A DNA stretch of 64,000 nt from Ignavibacteria bacterium (GTDB lineage Bacteria; Bacteroidota; Ignavibacteria; Kapaibacteriales; UBA2268): NCBI GenBank assembly GCA_026416955.1, contig JAOAEE010000051.1, positions 1,592 through 65,591 on the forward strand, read 5' to 3'. Position 1 is the first letter of the stretch, and every line of letters starts with the position of its first letter. Shown here piece after piece: positions 39,169 through 48,650 of this stretch. Position numbers and translations under genes: made by a program. Under the pieces are notes generated by a model. It was given only the letters and a program-made list of their open reading frames with translations, did no database searches and had not been told where the DNA came from.

Positions 39169-40219
39169 TAGGGGTAAACGATAAAATCAAAACAATTATT
39201 GCAACATATCCAAGAAATAGTCTTGTTCCATTTAAAGGAGAAGTTTGGGGTATATATGGATGTGGAATTCTAATGAAAAGTTTGGTGAATACAGCCCAGA
39301 ACAACCAGCCTCCCCAAGCGTCGAACCAGAAAGGAAAATAACTTTTTAGGGTCTTTAAGAGAGGTAGAAGGTTGTCCTGCAACCATATATACAACGAAGA
39401 AGGATAATCTATATCCTGAAATAGATACAAAAAGAAATTAAGGATTGAACCCAAACCGAAAATCAACATTACCCACCAAAGTGTTTTTGCGATTTTCCAT
39501 TGATAATTCCCGAACATTGCATAAATGATATGGCCCCCATCAAGTTGTCCGAATGGCAACAAATTAAGAATTGTTACGAATAATCCGAACCAACCAACGC
39601 AAAGAAATGGATAATGGTAAATTTCATTCATTGGTGGGAGCCAGCCGTTTGGATTGGCAAATAAATTAGTTAATATTGAAAAAATTAAGCTATCTCCGAA
39701 ATGCAATCCGGTTTGTGGGATATTTCCACCAAATTGAATTAGGTATTCGGGGTGTATTGAATAAATATACTCTTTTGGTGGAAGATTAATAAGTCCGTAA
39801 ATAATAAAAACTAGTGATACTAAAAATCCAGCTAAAGGACCCGAAATTCCAATGTCGAAAAGAACTTTTCTATTGGGAATTGGGGAACGGGTAGCAATTA
39901 GTGCACCAAAAGTACCAAAAGGGTTAAGGTCCGGAAGTGGTGATGGTATAAAATATGGCAAAGATGCTTCGACTTTATGTATTCTCGAAGCTATGTAGTG
40001 ACCCATTTCATGGGATAAAAGGAAAGTCATAATTAATATTGCATAAGTCAAACCAAAATGCCAATTTGTTACTTCCAAATAGTTTTTCATTGCCCATTGT
40101 GTGCCGGCAATCATTGTTGATACAAATGTTACCAGGAATAGTAAGAAATGTACCCAGAAAGGGGATTTTCTCTTTAATATTCTTGGTTGTCTATAAGGAA
40201 GAAATTCAAATTCTTTCAT
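39149..40219 (-). CDS. Site-2 protease family (M50) membrane metalloprotease
   Basis: HEMGHYIASR (HExxH) in a TM segment, the second motif NLLPFGQLDGGHIIYA, and multiple TM segments. Confidence 0.8.
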   Translation of the reverse strand: MKEFEFLPYRQPRILKRKSPFWVHFLLFLVTFVSTMIAGTQWAMKNYLEVTNWHFGLTYAILIMTFLLSHEMGHYIASRIHKVEASLPYFIPSPLPDLNPFGTFGALIATRSPIPNRKVLFDIGISGPLAGFLVSLVFIIYGLINLPPKEYIYSIHPEYLIQFGGNIPQTGLHFGDSLIFSILTNLFANPNGWLPPMNEIYHYPFLCVGWFGLFVTILNLLPFGQLDGGHIIYAMFGNYQWKIAKTLWWVMLIFGLGSILNFFLYLFQDIDYPSSLYIWLQDNLLPLLKTLKSYFPFWFDAWGGWLFWAVFTKLFIRIPHPYIPQTSPLNGTRLFLGYVAIIVLILSFTPNGIYFK

Positions 40220-40650
40220 AAACCATAGTTATCTTTAATATATTTTAAAAATGAATCGATGTTTCCATCGAAATGGTCGAAAATCATCGATATTGCTAAA
40301 AAAATGAAAATTAAAATCCAAATTAGTAAAAAAAATAAAATTGAGTGAATTGAAAATTCGACTTCGTCAAGTAGTTGGTACCTTTTTTTGGTATTAAAAA
40401 GGAATAAAAATTGACAACTTGATAACAGAATGAAAAGAATAATCGAGATAAGTTTCACATCTAAAAGATATTTCTTTTCGACTTGAAGAAAAAAGAGTAA
40501 AGAAGCAAATCCAATTAGAAAAAAAATTGTGGTTAGAAATACAGAGGCAATAGCAAATTCTTCCTTTGAACCTCCTAATTTTATTTTCTTTGCGATGTAG
40601 AAATTTCTTTTCCAGAAGTAACAAATAATTTTTAAAAAAACTTTCAGCAT
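40216..40650 (-). CDS. Small hypothetical membrane protein (about 4 TM)
   Basis: ORF with hydrophobic segments and a 4-nt ATGA overlap with the M50 gene, 16 nt downstream of lysS. No recognisable motif. Confidence 0.5.
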   Translation of the reverse strand: MLKVFLKIICYFWKRNFYIAKKIKLGGSKEEFAIASVFLTTIFFLIGFASLLFFLQVEKKYLLDVKLISIILFILLSSCQFLFLFNTKKRYQLLDEVEFSIHSILFFLLIWILIFIFLAISMIFDHFDGNIDSFLKYIKDNYGL

Positions 40651-40666
40651 ACTAGGAATTAATACT

Positions 40667-42175
40667 CTATAAATTTTCTGGCTTCATTTGCGGAAACAGT
40701 ATAACGTCTCTTATTGAATTTTGATTAGTAAGCAACATAACAAGTCTGTCTATTCCAATTCCAAGACCACCAGTTGGGGGCATACCAACTTCAAGTGCAT
40801 AAAGGAAATCTTCATCTAATACCATCGCTTCTTCGTCTCCTTTTGCTCTTAATTTTGCTTGCTCTTCAAATCTTGCTCTTTGGTCTCTTGGGTCGTTTAA
40901 TTCCGAAAATGCATTTGCAACTTCAAATCCATTAATGAAAAGTTCAAACCTTTCAACTAACCCTTGCTCGCTTCTATGCTTTTTAGCAAGAGGAGACATT
41001 TCAATTGGGTAGTCAATTACAAAAGTGGGTTGAATTAAATTTGGTTGGACAATTTCAGAAAATATTTCATCAAGAATTTTTGCTCGGCTTGGACTTTCTG
41101 GAAAATCTAAACCAAGTTTTTTTCCAATTTTTAACAATTCTTCTTCTGTTTTGTCTTTTAAATCTTCACCAGTATATTCTTTGAACAAATCGAACATTTT
41201 TCTTCGTGCAAAAGGTTTACTAAAATTTATTTCAATATTGTTGTAAACAATTATTTCATTGTTAAACAAGTACTTAACAAGAGAGTTTAATAAATCTTCG
41301 ACGAGTTCCATTACCCAGAAGTAGTCTTTGTATGCAACATATATTTCTAAGGCAGTGAATTCTGGATTATGCATTCTGTCCATTCCTTCATTACGAAAAT
41401 TTTTGCTTATCTCGTAAACACCTTCGAAACCACCAACGATAAGCCTTTTAAGGTATAACTCGTCAGCAATTCGTAAGTACAAGTCAATATCTAATGCATT
41501 GTGATGAGTTATGAATGGTCTTGCGGTGGCTCCACCATAAATAGGTTGTAGAATTGGAGTTTCAACTTCCAACCAACCTCGATTATCGAAGTAATTTCGA
41601 ATATACGAGATAATTTTTGCCCTTTTTCGGAAAACATCTCTAACATCTGGATTGACAATTAAATCAATGTAGCGATGCCGGTAACGAAGTTCTTTATCTG
41701 AAAATTGGTCGTGAATAATTTTGTTACCACTTTCATCTTCCTCAATTTTGGGAACGGGAATTGGCGTTAAAGATTTGCAAAGTATGATAAATTTTTGGGT
41801 ATGAACGGTAATCTCTCCCATTCTAGTTCGAAAGACAAAACCTTCGATTCCAATTATGTCACCTATATCCAAGTATTTAAGTAAGTCGTATGAATCTCCC
41901 AAGTCATTTTTTTTAAAATAGACTTGAATTCTTCCACTTTCATCTTGAATGTCGCAAAATGTTGCTTTACCCATTCTACGGAAGGTCATTATTCTCCCCG
42001 CGATAGAAACATTTGAATAAAGCTCGGGATTTTCATCTCTGAAGTTAGAAAGAATCTCCTTAGCGGAATGGGTTTTTCGAAACTCGTAGGGATAGGGATT
42101 AATTCCTAAGGATTCGAAGTAATTAAGTTCTTCCCTTCTTCTTGCTCTTTGGTCGTTTAATTCATTGATTTCCAT
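40667..42175 (-). CDS. lysS: Lysine--tRNA ligase (class II)
   Basis: N-terminal OB anticodon-binding domain and class II motifs ([19 protein letters not shown]). The ATG start is at MEINELNDQ; the tracked start is a TTG. Confidence 0.95.
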   Translation of the reverse strand: MEINELNDQRARRREELNYFESLGINPYPYEFRKTHSAKEILSNFRDENPELYSNVSIAGRIMTFRRMGKATFCDIQDESGRIQVYFKKNDLGDSYDLLKYLDIGDIIGIEGFVFRTRMGEITVHTQKFIILCKSLTPIPVPKIEEDESGNKIIHDQFSDKELRYRHRYIDLIVNPDVRDVFRKRAKIISYIRNYFDNRGWLEVETPILQPIYGGATARPFITHHNALDIDLYLRIADELYLKRLIVGGFEGVYEISKNFRNEGMDRMHNPEFTALEIYVAYKDYFWVMELVEDLLNSLVKYLFNNEIIVYNNIEINFSKPFARRKMFDLFKEYTGEDLKDKTEEELLKIGKKLGLDFPESPSRAKILDEIFSEIVQPNLIQPTFVIDYPIEMSPLAKKHRSEQGLVERFELFINGFEVANAFSELNDPRDQRARFEEQAKLRAKGDEEAMVLDEDFLYALEVGMPPTGGLGIGIDRLVMLLTNQNSIRDVILFPQMKPENL

Positions 42176-42207
42176 TGTGTACCCACAAAAAATTTTCAAA
42201 GTTGTTT

Positions 42208-42242
42208 AAAAAAACTTGAACAAGGAACTACGTTCCTTGTTC
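42208..42242 (-). terminator. Strong rho-independent terminator after the EF-G-like gene
   Basis: The - strand reads gaacaaggaac-gta-gttccttgttc (11-bp stem), then aag and a T7 run. Confidence 0.85.
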
Positions 42243-42279
42243 TTTTAAAGTATACATTAGAAGAATTCGAAAAAAGAAA

Positions 42280-44415
42280 CTATTCACTTTCTTCTTGTTG
42301 TCTCTTCTTATATTCTTCAATTAGTTTCTGTTGAATTTGAGGTGGTACAACTTGATATTCTGCGAAAGATTGAGTATGCGTTGCTCTGGCTTGGGTCATA
42401 GAGCGAAGAGCAGTAGAATATTTATCGAGTTCAGCCAAAGGCATTTTTGCTTTTATTTTTTGGTAGCGGCCTTCGCTTTCAATACCTATGATAATTCCAC
42501 GCCTACTTGGAAGGTCGCTCATAACATCACCAACAAATTCCTCGGGTACTTTTATTTCAACATTATAAATAGGTTCAAGTATTTTGGGGTCTGCTTTAAT
42601 AAAGTTTTCCTTGAATACCATCATACCAGCAGTTTTAAAAGCCGCTTCGTTAGAATCGACTGGATGCATCTTTCCATCATAAATTACTACTCTAATATCC
42701 CGAACATAAGAACCTGTTAATGGGCCTTCTTGCATTTTTTCCATAACACCTTTCAAAATTGCGGGCATAAATCTTTGGTCAATTACACCACCTACGATAC
42801 AATTGACAAATTCTAATTTTCCTCCCCAATCAAGGTCGTAAACTTCACGTCCACGCACTGTAAATTCGGAAGGTATAGGAGCATCTTCTGAATATGGTTC
42901 AATCATCATATGTACTTCTGCAAATTGGCCAGCACCACCTGTTTGTTTTTTGTGACGATACATTCCACGAACTTGCTTTTGAATTGTTTCTCGGTAGGGT
43001 ACCCTAGGTTCTTTAAATTCAATTTCGACTTTATACCTTTTCTCAAGTCGCCATTTGGCAACTGCAAGATGTTGTTCTCCTTGGGCGTAGAGAATAATTT
43101 GTTTTAATTCGGGTGAATGCTCGACCACTAAGGTTGGGTCTTCTAAATGTAAGTTGTTTAGCGAGGTTCCAACTTTTTCTTCTTCACCTTTAGTCTTTGG
43201 AGCAACGGCTATTCTAATTCTGGGATTAGGAAATTCAATTGGAGCATAATCAATATTGAAACCTTTTTCGTGCAAAGTATGGTTGATTTGAGTAAACTTT
43301 AATTTTACTGTAGCTCCTATGTCGCCAGCAAAAAGTTGGTTAACTTCTATACGCTTTTTCCCATTGATTACGAAAATTTGATTAAGTCTTTCAAGTTGAG
43401 ACTTAGTTTCGTTCAATAAATCAATGCTGGGGAAAATTTTTCCCGTTTGAACTTTGAAGAAAGTCATATCGCCAAGGTGTGCTTCGCTTGTTAGTTTGAA
43501 TACAAATATTGAAGCTGGCAAATTGGGGTCGACGGGTTGAATGTTCCCTGCTCTGGTAGTTCTTCCCTCGGTTTCATCCGGAGCGGGACAGAACTTAATC
43601 ACAAAATCAACGAAGAAGTCCGTCCCGATGTTATTTTTAGAATTAACACAAATGACAGGAAAAATGTCTTTCCCGATGAAAGTTTTTCGCAAGGCAGGAA
43701 GGAGTAAATCATCGCTTAAATTTCCAGTTTCGATATATTTATCCATTAAGTACATATCAGTTTCGGCAATCATTTCAAGGAGTTCGTTTCTATATTGCTC
43801 TAATTTTGATTTATCGCTTTCAGGAATATCTTTAATTTTGGCTTTGCCAGAATCATCAAGGTATTCATAAATTTTCATATCAAGAACATTGTAAAAGGAT
43901 TTAAAAGAGGGACCTACATTGATAGGAATATGAAATGCAATAACTTTGCGGCCAAATAATTCCCTTAATTGATTTAATGTTTTCTCAAAATTAGCTTGGT
44001 CAAGGTCAAGTTTGTTAATAACAAAAACAATCGGTAAGTTAAATTTTTTAGAATATTCCCAAGCATTTTCAGTTCCAACCTCAACCCCGTTTTGAGCATT
44101 AACAAAAATGAAGGAAGTTTCTACAACGTATAGGCTTGATATCATTTCACCGATGAAATCATCGGTTCCCGGGGTGTCAATGAAATTAATTTTATAACCC
44201 TCGTGTTCCAAAAATAATAAGGAAGAAAGAACAGAAGATTTTCTTTCCCACTCGATCTCGTTAAAGTCCGATTGTGTTGAATTTTCTTCAATTGTACCAC
44301 GACGATTAATTACTTTACTATAGTATAAAAGACAGTCGCAAAATGTGGTTTTACCAGTATTGAAATGTCCAGAAAGTGAAATGTTTCTTATTTGTTTAGT
44401 TTCATATAAATTCAT
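42280..44415 (-). CDS. Elongation factor G paralogue (EF-G-like translational GTPase)
   Basis: G1 SGHFNTGKTT, G3 DTPG and G4 NKLD, followed by EF-G domains II-V. It is monocistronic and not in an rpsL-rpsG-fusA context. Confidence 0.85.
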   Translation of the reverse strand: MNLYETKQIRNISLSGHFNTGKTTFCDCLLYYSKVINRRGTIEENSTQSDFNEIEWERKSSVLSSLLFLEHEGYKINFIDTPGTDDFIGEMISSLYVVETSFIFVNAQNGVEVGTENAWEYSKKFNLPIVFVINKLDLDQANFEKTLNQLRELFGRKVIAFHIPINVGPSFKSFYNVLDMKIYEYLDDSGKAKIKDIPESDKSKLEQYRNELLEMIAETDMYLMDKYIETGNLSDDLLLPALRKTFIGKDIFPVICVNSKNNIGTDFFVDFVIKFCPAPDETEGRTTRAGNIQPVDPNLPASIFVFKLTSEAHLGDMTFFKVQTGKIFPSIDLLNETKSQLERLNQIFVINGKKRIEVNQLFAGDIGATVKLKFTQINHTLHEKGFNIDYAPIEFPNPRIRIAVAPKTKGEEEKVGTSLNNLHLEDPTLVVEHSPELKQIILYAQGEQHLAVAKWRLEKRYKVEIEFKEPRVPYRETIQKQVRGMYRHKKQTGGAGQFAEVHMMIEPYSEDAPIPSEFTVRGREVYDLDWGGKLEFVNCIVGGVIDQRFMPAILKGVMEKMQEGPLTGSYVRDIRVVIYDGKMHPVDSNEAAFKTAGMMVFKENFIKADPKILEPIYNVEIKVPEEFVGDVMSDLPSRRGIIIGIESEGRYQKIKAKMPLAELDKYSTALRSMTQARATHTQSFAEYQVVPPQIQQKLIEEYKKRQQEESE

Positions 44416-44648
44416 CTCAAAACTCCCCGAAAATTACTCAATAAGTTAAATAAAAAATTTCAATTTATTGAATTTTAACGAGAAAATTATCATAAAGTTT
44501 TTGGTTTGTTGAAAAAATTTAGGCAAAACAAGTTTGTTGCCGAAATTGGAAGGTGTTCCTTAAGTTTTTTTCCTACATTAATTTCAAAAATTTGAGATTC
44601 TTTGTCTCAGTATTTAATTACTTTGTTTCAATTCAAGGTAAATAATCT

Positions 44649-44677
44649 AAAAAAAAGTGGAATAATTGTTATTCCAC
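44649..44677 (-). terminator. Rho-independent terminator after the alginate-export-like porin gene
   Basis: The + strand reads aaaaaaaa gtggaataa ttg ttattccac, which on the - strand is a 9-bp stem followed by T8. Confidence 0.8.
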
Positions 44678-44708
44678 CTATAAAAAACAATAGATTTTTA
44701 TTGATTAA

Positions 44709-46019
44709 CTAAAATTTAAAGTTAATTTGCAAATATGTCCAAAATGCTGGGTCATATGTCGAAATTCCAGCTCTTTTTGGTATCTTACTGTAAAGTTCCT
44801 TCATAACATCACCAGCAATGAATGCTCCAGAACCCCATTCAAATTCAACAGCATCGTACATTTTGTAACGTAGTACTAAGTTGATTTCCGGACCATATTC
44901 ATTAATTTCTTTGTTGTTCGAATTAACGAAAGTCACAAAAGTTGTGAAATAGTGTAAATCCAATTGAGCATTGAAACTTTTAGAAAAGTTGTAAATAGTT
45001 CTAAAAAAGTAATCATTAAGGCCATAAATGCCAGTTGTAAACTTCGGGTCGGAAAGACCAGTGAAAAAATCCATAAAGCCTTGGTAATTATGTTTTGTTG
45101 AGTAGGGATTATCAAAAAGTTTATATTTGTCGGTTTTAGTTGGGTCGCAACCAGAGTTGATATCAGCATTTAACGAAAGAACAAGGTTGTCGAAGGGTTT
45201 AAATTGCAAATTTGCTAGAATCATCATAGCAGATATGTCTTTCAATTTTGATGAGTAGATTTTCCCTCCTTGGTATGCAACCTCAACACGAAAGCTTAGT
45301 GGAAATGGCGAAGGAGCGAATTCCAAAGCCGTACCAACAGTATATCTTTGTAATTGCATATCAGAGCCATTAGGTCTTTTTCTATCCCACTCGTAGTATG
45401 AATAAAGTTCACCCGTCAATGAATTTAGAAATTTGTTTGTACTATAAAAACCAAAGATATTGAAACCAGTATCTGGTGGTGCTTCCGAATAATTATAATT
45501 GTCATATACCCTTGCGGCACCTGCTCGATAACTCATAAAGTTATTGTGGGTTGTCAAGAATAGGTCTGTTTTATAATTGTCGGTATTATATCCAATAATA
45601 AAGCCATCGTGGCTTCGACCTACATTATGCCAGTCGTTGGGACCAAAAATTTTGTACTTACCATATTGTAGTTTAAATCTACCAAAAGTGAAATAAATAG
45701 GGGAGTCAAAAATGTTTTTTACCGAAACGTAGCCTTGGTGAAGGTCAATGTTTTTTAAACTGGTTAGAGTATTTTGTTCTTCACCGTAGACCCGTGAATC
45801 TTGTAATTGAACAAAAATAGAGACGTGCTCGTTGAATTTCTTTTCGAACCCTAAGCGTGCGCGCAATGCAGTAAATGACTGGGGATATGTACGATTCAAG
45901 AAATCCCTTCCATCAAGTTCTGTTCGAACTCGAAGTTCCCCAGATATTTTAAGGTCAGATTGGGAGAAGATGATTATTGGAAGAAGAAAAAAAACGAAAA
46001 AGGTAACCCAATTTTTCAT
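44709..46019 (-). CDS. Outer-membrane beta-barrel, alginate-export (AlgE-like) family
   Basis: Signal peptide MKNWVTFFVFFLLPIIIFSQ with SD gaaggag 8 nt upstream. GELRVRTELDGRDF start, alternating beta-strand pattern, and a C-terminal ...LQINFKF. The tracked upstream extension overlaps the preceding gene. Confidence 0.65.
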   Translation of the reverse strand: MKNWVTFFVFFLLPIIIFSQSDLKISGELRVRTELDGRDFLNRTYPQSFTALRARLGFEKKFNEHVSIFVQLQDSRVYGEEQNTLTSLKNIDLHQGYVSVKNIFDSPIYFTFGRFKLQYGKYKIFGPNDWHNVGRSHDGFIIGYNTDNYKTDLFLTTHNNFMSYRAGAARVYDNYNYSEAPPDTGFNIFGFYSTNKFLNSLTGELYSYYEWDRKRPNGSDMQLQRYTVGTALEFAPSPFPLSFRVEVAYQGGKIYSSKLKDISAMMILANLQFKPFDNLVLSLNADINSGCDPTKTDKYKLFDNPYSTKHNYQGFMDFFTGLSDPKFTTGIYGLNDYFFRTIYNFSKSFNAQLDLHYFTTFVTFVNSNNKEINEYGPEINLVLRYKMYDAVEFEWGSGAFIAGDVMKELYSKIPKRAGISTYDPAFWTYLQINFKF

Positions 46020-46056
46020 ACTCATTACTCCTTCAAAAAAACAAAAATAAGATTTT

Positions 46057-48567
46057 TTATTCGAATTCGATTTCTTGAATTTCTTCGGGGCGTTTTGCTT
46101 TGGGTCTTTTATATTCATTGATTTTGTATTGAAAACCAAGGAAGGCAACTCGACTTTCTCTTATTCGGTAGAAATGAGAAACAAAATTTGAACCATTTGT
46201 TGTTAAATTGTAATTAATAGTTTTAAACATATCCATTAAGCGAAAATTAATAGTCCCTCTTTCATTTAAAATGTCGATTTTAAATGAAATATTAGCAGTA
46301 AATATTCCATCGAGTTTTCCAACACTACCCATTTCGAAAAATCTCCATTGTCTACCCCCGCCACCAGTTGTAACTACTGGAGAATCATAGGATAAGTTGA
46401 ATTGTACATCTATATTTTTAGTTATGTTCCAAACGGAGTTCAATTTTAGGTTCCAGCTTTTGCTGTTTCTACCGGGTATTCCAAATTGGGGAATTCCGTT
46501 AACGTCAAGGTAAAAGTAGGAGAAATTTAGATTTAGTTTCCAAAAATCGAAAATGGATTGGTTCAGCATTGCCTCGAAACCTAAACTTTTACTTTGATTA
46601 AGGTTCTCGTAAGTTGTAATCGTGTAAGTGCGACCCTGTTCGAGTCGAGTGATTCTTGAAATAATATCTGTTGTATACCTATAAAATAGGGTTAAGTTTA
46701 ATGAGTTTCTACCAAAGTAGGTTAAATTTGAAATTTCAAAAGCATTTGCAAATTCTGGTTTAAGATAAGGATTCCCTTGCGAAAGATTTTGTGGGTCAGA
46801 ATAATCGACAAATGGATTTAGATACATTGATTGTGGACGATTTATTCTCCTGGTATAACTAAACATTAGGCTATTTGAGGGAGTTAGTTGGTAATTTAGA
46901 TGAACTGTTGGAAACAAATTAAAATACTTGTTTCTATAAGTTTCATTCAAAGTTTTTTGTTCCGATATTGTAAAGGTTTGTTCAGCGCGTAAGCCAATTT
47001 GAAAACCAAATTTACCTATTCTATTGCCAAAAGTAAGATAAGCAGAAATAATATTTTCATCGTAACCAAATCTATTACTAAGAGTGTCATTAATTAGCCA
47101 TTGATTGGAAAGGTAATCAAAGTTAAAAAATGAGTAGTCAATGTCAATTGTTCGAATATTTGCTTTTATGCCAGTTTCAATTTTTCCGAACTCTAAAGGG
47201 TCGATGTAGTTTATTTCAAAATTTAGGTTATTGTTAAGGGAATTGGTTTTATTGTTTTGTTTAGTCGAGGCACTTAGAATGTTTAAAGTATCAGTGTGAA
47301 ATTCGTCGTAAAAATTATTATCGTCTCCTTTGAAGGACAAAAACATAAAGTTTGAATTGATTTCTTTGTCTTTTTTGTCGAAAAGGTATTTATAAAAGAG
47401 ACTCAAGTCGTAAGAGAAATTGTCCCCTTCGGATTTATTTTTTCTAAAATAATTGTCATAATTGAGAAAATTGGAGTTAAAAGTTGAAAAATTATATCCA
47501 GTTGAATCTGTCATATCTCTACCAAATAAACCAGCATTAACATTGAAAATTAAGGAATTTTTGGAGTTAGGGAACCATTCAGAGGAAAATTGAAACCGGT
47601 GGTAATTTCCTCTTCGAAGGAACGATTGATTCTGCAATAAATATGAAGAATCGGGAGCAAAGGAATTTCTTTCTGCCTTGGTGTTTCCTCTCATACTAAA
47701 TCTTCGATAATTATAACCGATTGTAGAGTTAAAGTTTTCAGTTCTGAGGTTTAGGTTCAAAGAACCATTGTATTTATCTGCTGTTCCAATGTTTGCGTTA
47801 ATAATAGCTCCGTAACCTAACATAAGATTCTTTTTTAAGATAATATTGATAATTCCAGCGACTCCATCTGGGTCGTATTTTGCCGAGGGATTTGTAATTA
47901 CTTCGATTCTCTCAATATTGTCGGCTGGAATTTGGTCCAAAGCAGTTCCTCTATCGAAACCGAGCAATGAAGAAGGTTTGCCATCGATAAGGATTTGAAC
48001 ATTTCCACTACCACGTAATGAAATATTTCCTTCGATATCAACCGAAACAGAGGGAACATTGCTCAACACATCTAATGCACTTCCACCAACAACTGATAAA
48101 TCCTTTGAAACATCATATATTCTACGGTCAATTGCATACGAGACTATGTCTTTTTGGGCGGTAACCTCAACTTCTTTTGTTTGAAAAGGTTCAGCTTGGA
48201 AATGAATGATTCCTAAGTTAACTTCTGGATTTCGTGGTGTAATAAAAATTGAATCAATAATTTTAGTTTTAAAACCTATTAGCTTAATTACTCCATAATA
48301 CCTGCCAAAAGGAATGTTTTTTATTTCGAAATAACCATTTTTGTCAGTGAGTGCACCATTTACAATCGAAGAGTCGCGAAAACGAAATAGTCGAATGCTA
48401 ACATATTCCATAGGGTTATTTGTCTGGCTGTCGACAATTTTTCCGCTGATAACACCTATTGGTTCTGAGAGGAATTGACGCTGTCTTGGTTCTTGGGAAA
48501 AGATATTTTTTATGTTAAAAACAAAAATTCCAACAAAAAATAAGATAATACAACTTTTTACTTTCAT
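46057..48567 (-). CDS. Outer-membrane beta-barrel receptor with N-terminal carboxypeptidase-regulatory-like domain and plug-like region
   Basis: Signal peptide; GKIVDSQTNNPMEYVSIRLF (CarbopepD_reg-like); plug-like ALDVLSNVPSVSVDIEGNISLRGSGNVQILIDGKPS; a long beta-barrel; and a charged C-terminal tail KRPKAKRPEEIQEIEFE. Confidence 0.75.
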   Translation of the reverse strand: MKVKSCIILFFVGIFVFNIKNIFSQEPRQRQFLSEPIGVISGKIVDSQTNNPMEYVSIRLFRFRDSSIVNGALTDKNGYFEIKNIPFGRYYGVIKLIGFKTKIIDSIFITPRNPEVNLGIIHFQAEPFQTKEVEVTAQKDIVSYAIDRRIYDVSKDLSVVGGSALDVLSNVPSVSVDIEGNISLRGSGNVQILIDGKPSSLLGFDRGTALDQIPADNIERIEVITNPSAKYDPDGVAGIINIILKKNLMLGYGAIINANIGTADKYNGSLNLNLRTENFNSTIGYNYRRFSMRGNTKAERNSFAPDSSYLLQNQSFLRRGNYHRFQFSSEWFPNSKNSLIFNVNAGLFGRDMTDSTGYNFSTFNSNFLNYDNYFRKNKSEGDNFSYDLSLFYKYLFDKKDKEINSNFMFLSFKGDDNNFYDEFHTDTLNILSASTKQNNKTNSLNNNLNFEINYIDPLEFGKIETGIKANIRTIDIDYSFFNFDYLSNQWLINDTLSNRFGYDENIISAYLTFGNRIGKFGFQIGLRAEQTFTISEQKTLNETYRNKYFNLFPTVHLNYQLTPSNSLMFSYTRRINRPQSMYLNPFVDYSDPQNLSQGNPYLKPEFANAFEISNLTYFGRNSLNLTLFYRYTTDIISRITRLEQGRTYTITTYENLNQSKSLGFEAMLNQSIFDFWKLNLNFSYFYLDVNGIPQFGIPGRNSKSWNLKLNSVWNITKNIDVQFNLSYDSPVVTTGGGGRQWRFFEMGSVGKLDGIFTANISFKIDILNERGTINFRLMDMFKTINYNLTTNGSNFVSHFYRIRESRVAFLGFQYKINEYKRPKAKRPEEIQEIEFE

Positions 48568-48650
48568 ATTCCACCATTTTGAAAGAAAATAAACGAACTT
48601 TAATACAAATAATTATTAGACAATAATCTTTGAAGAAGGTTTAAATTTTT

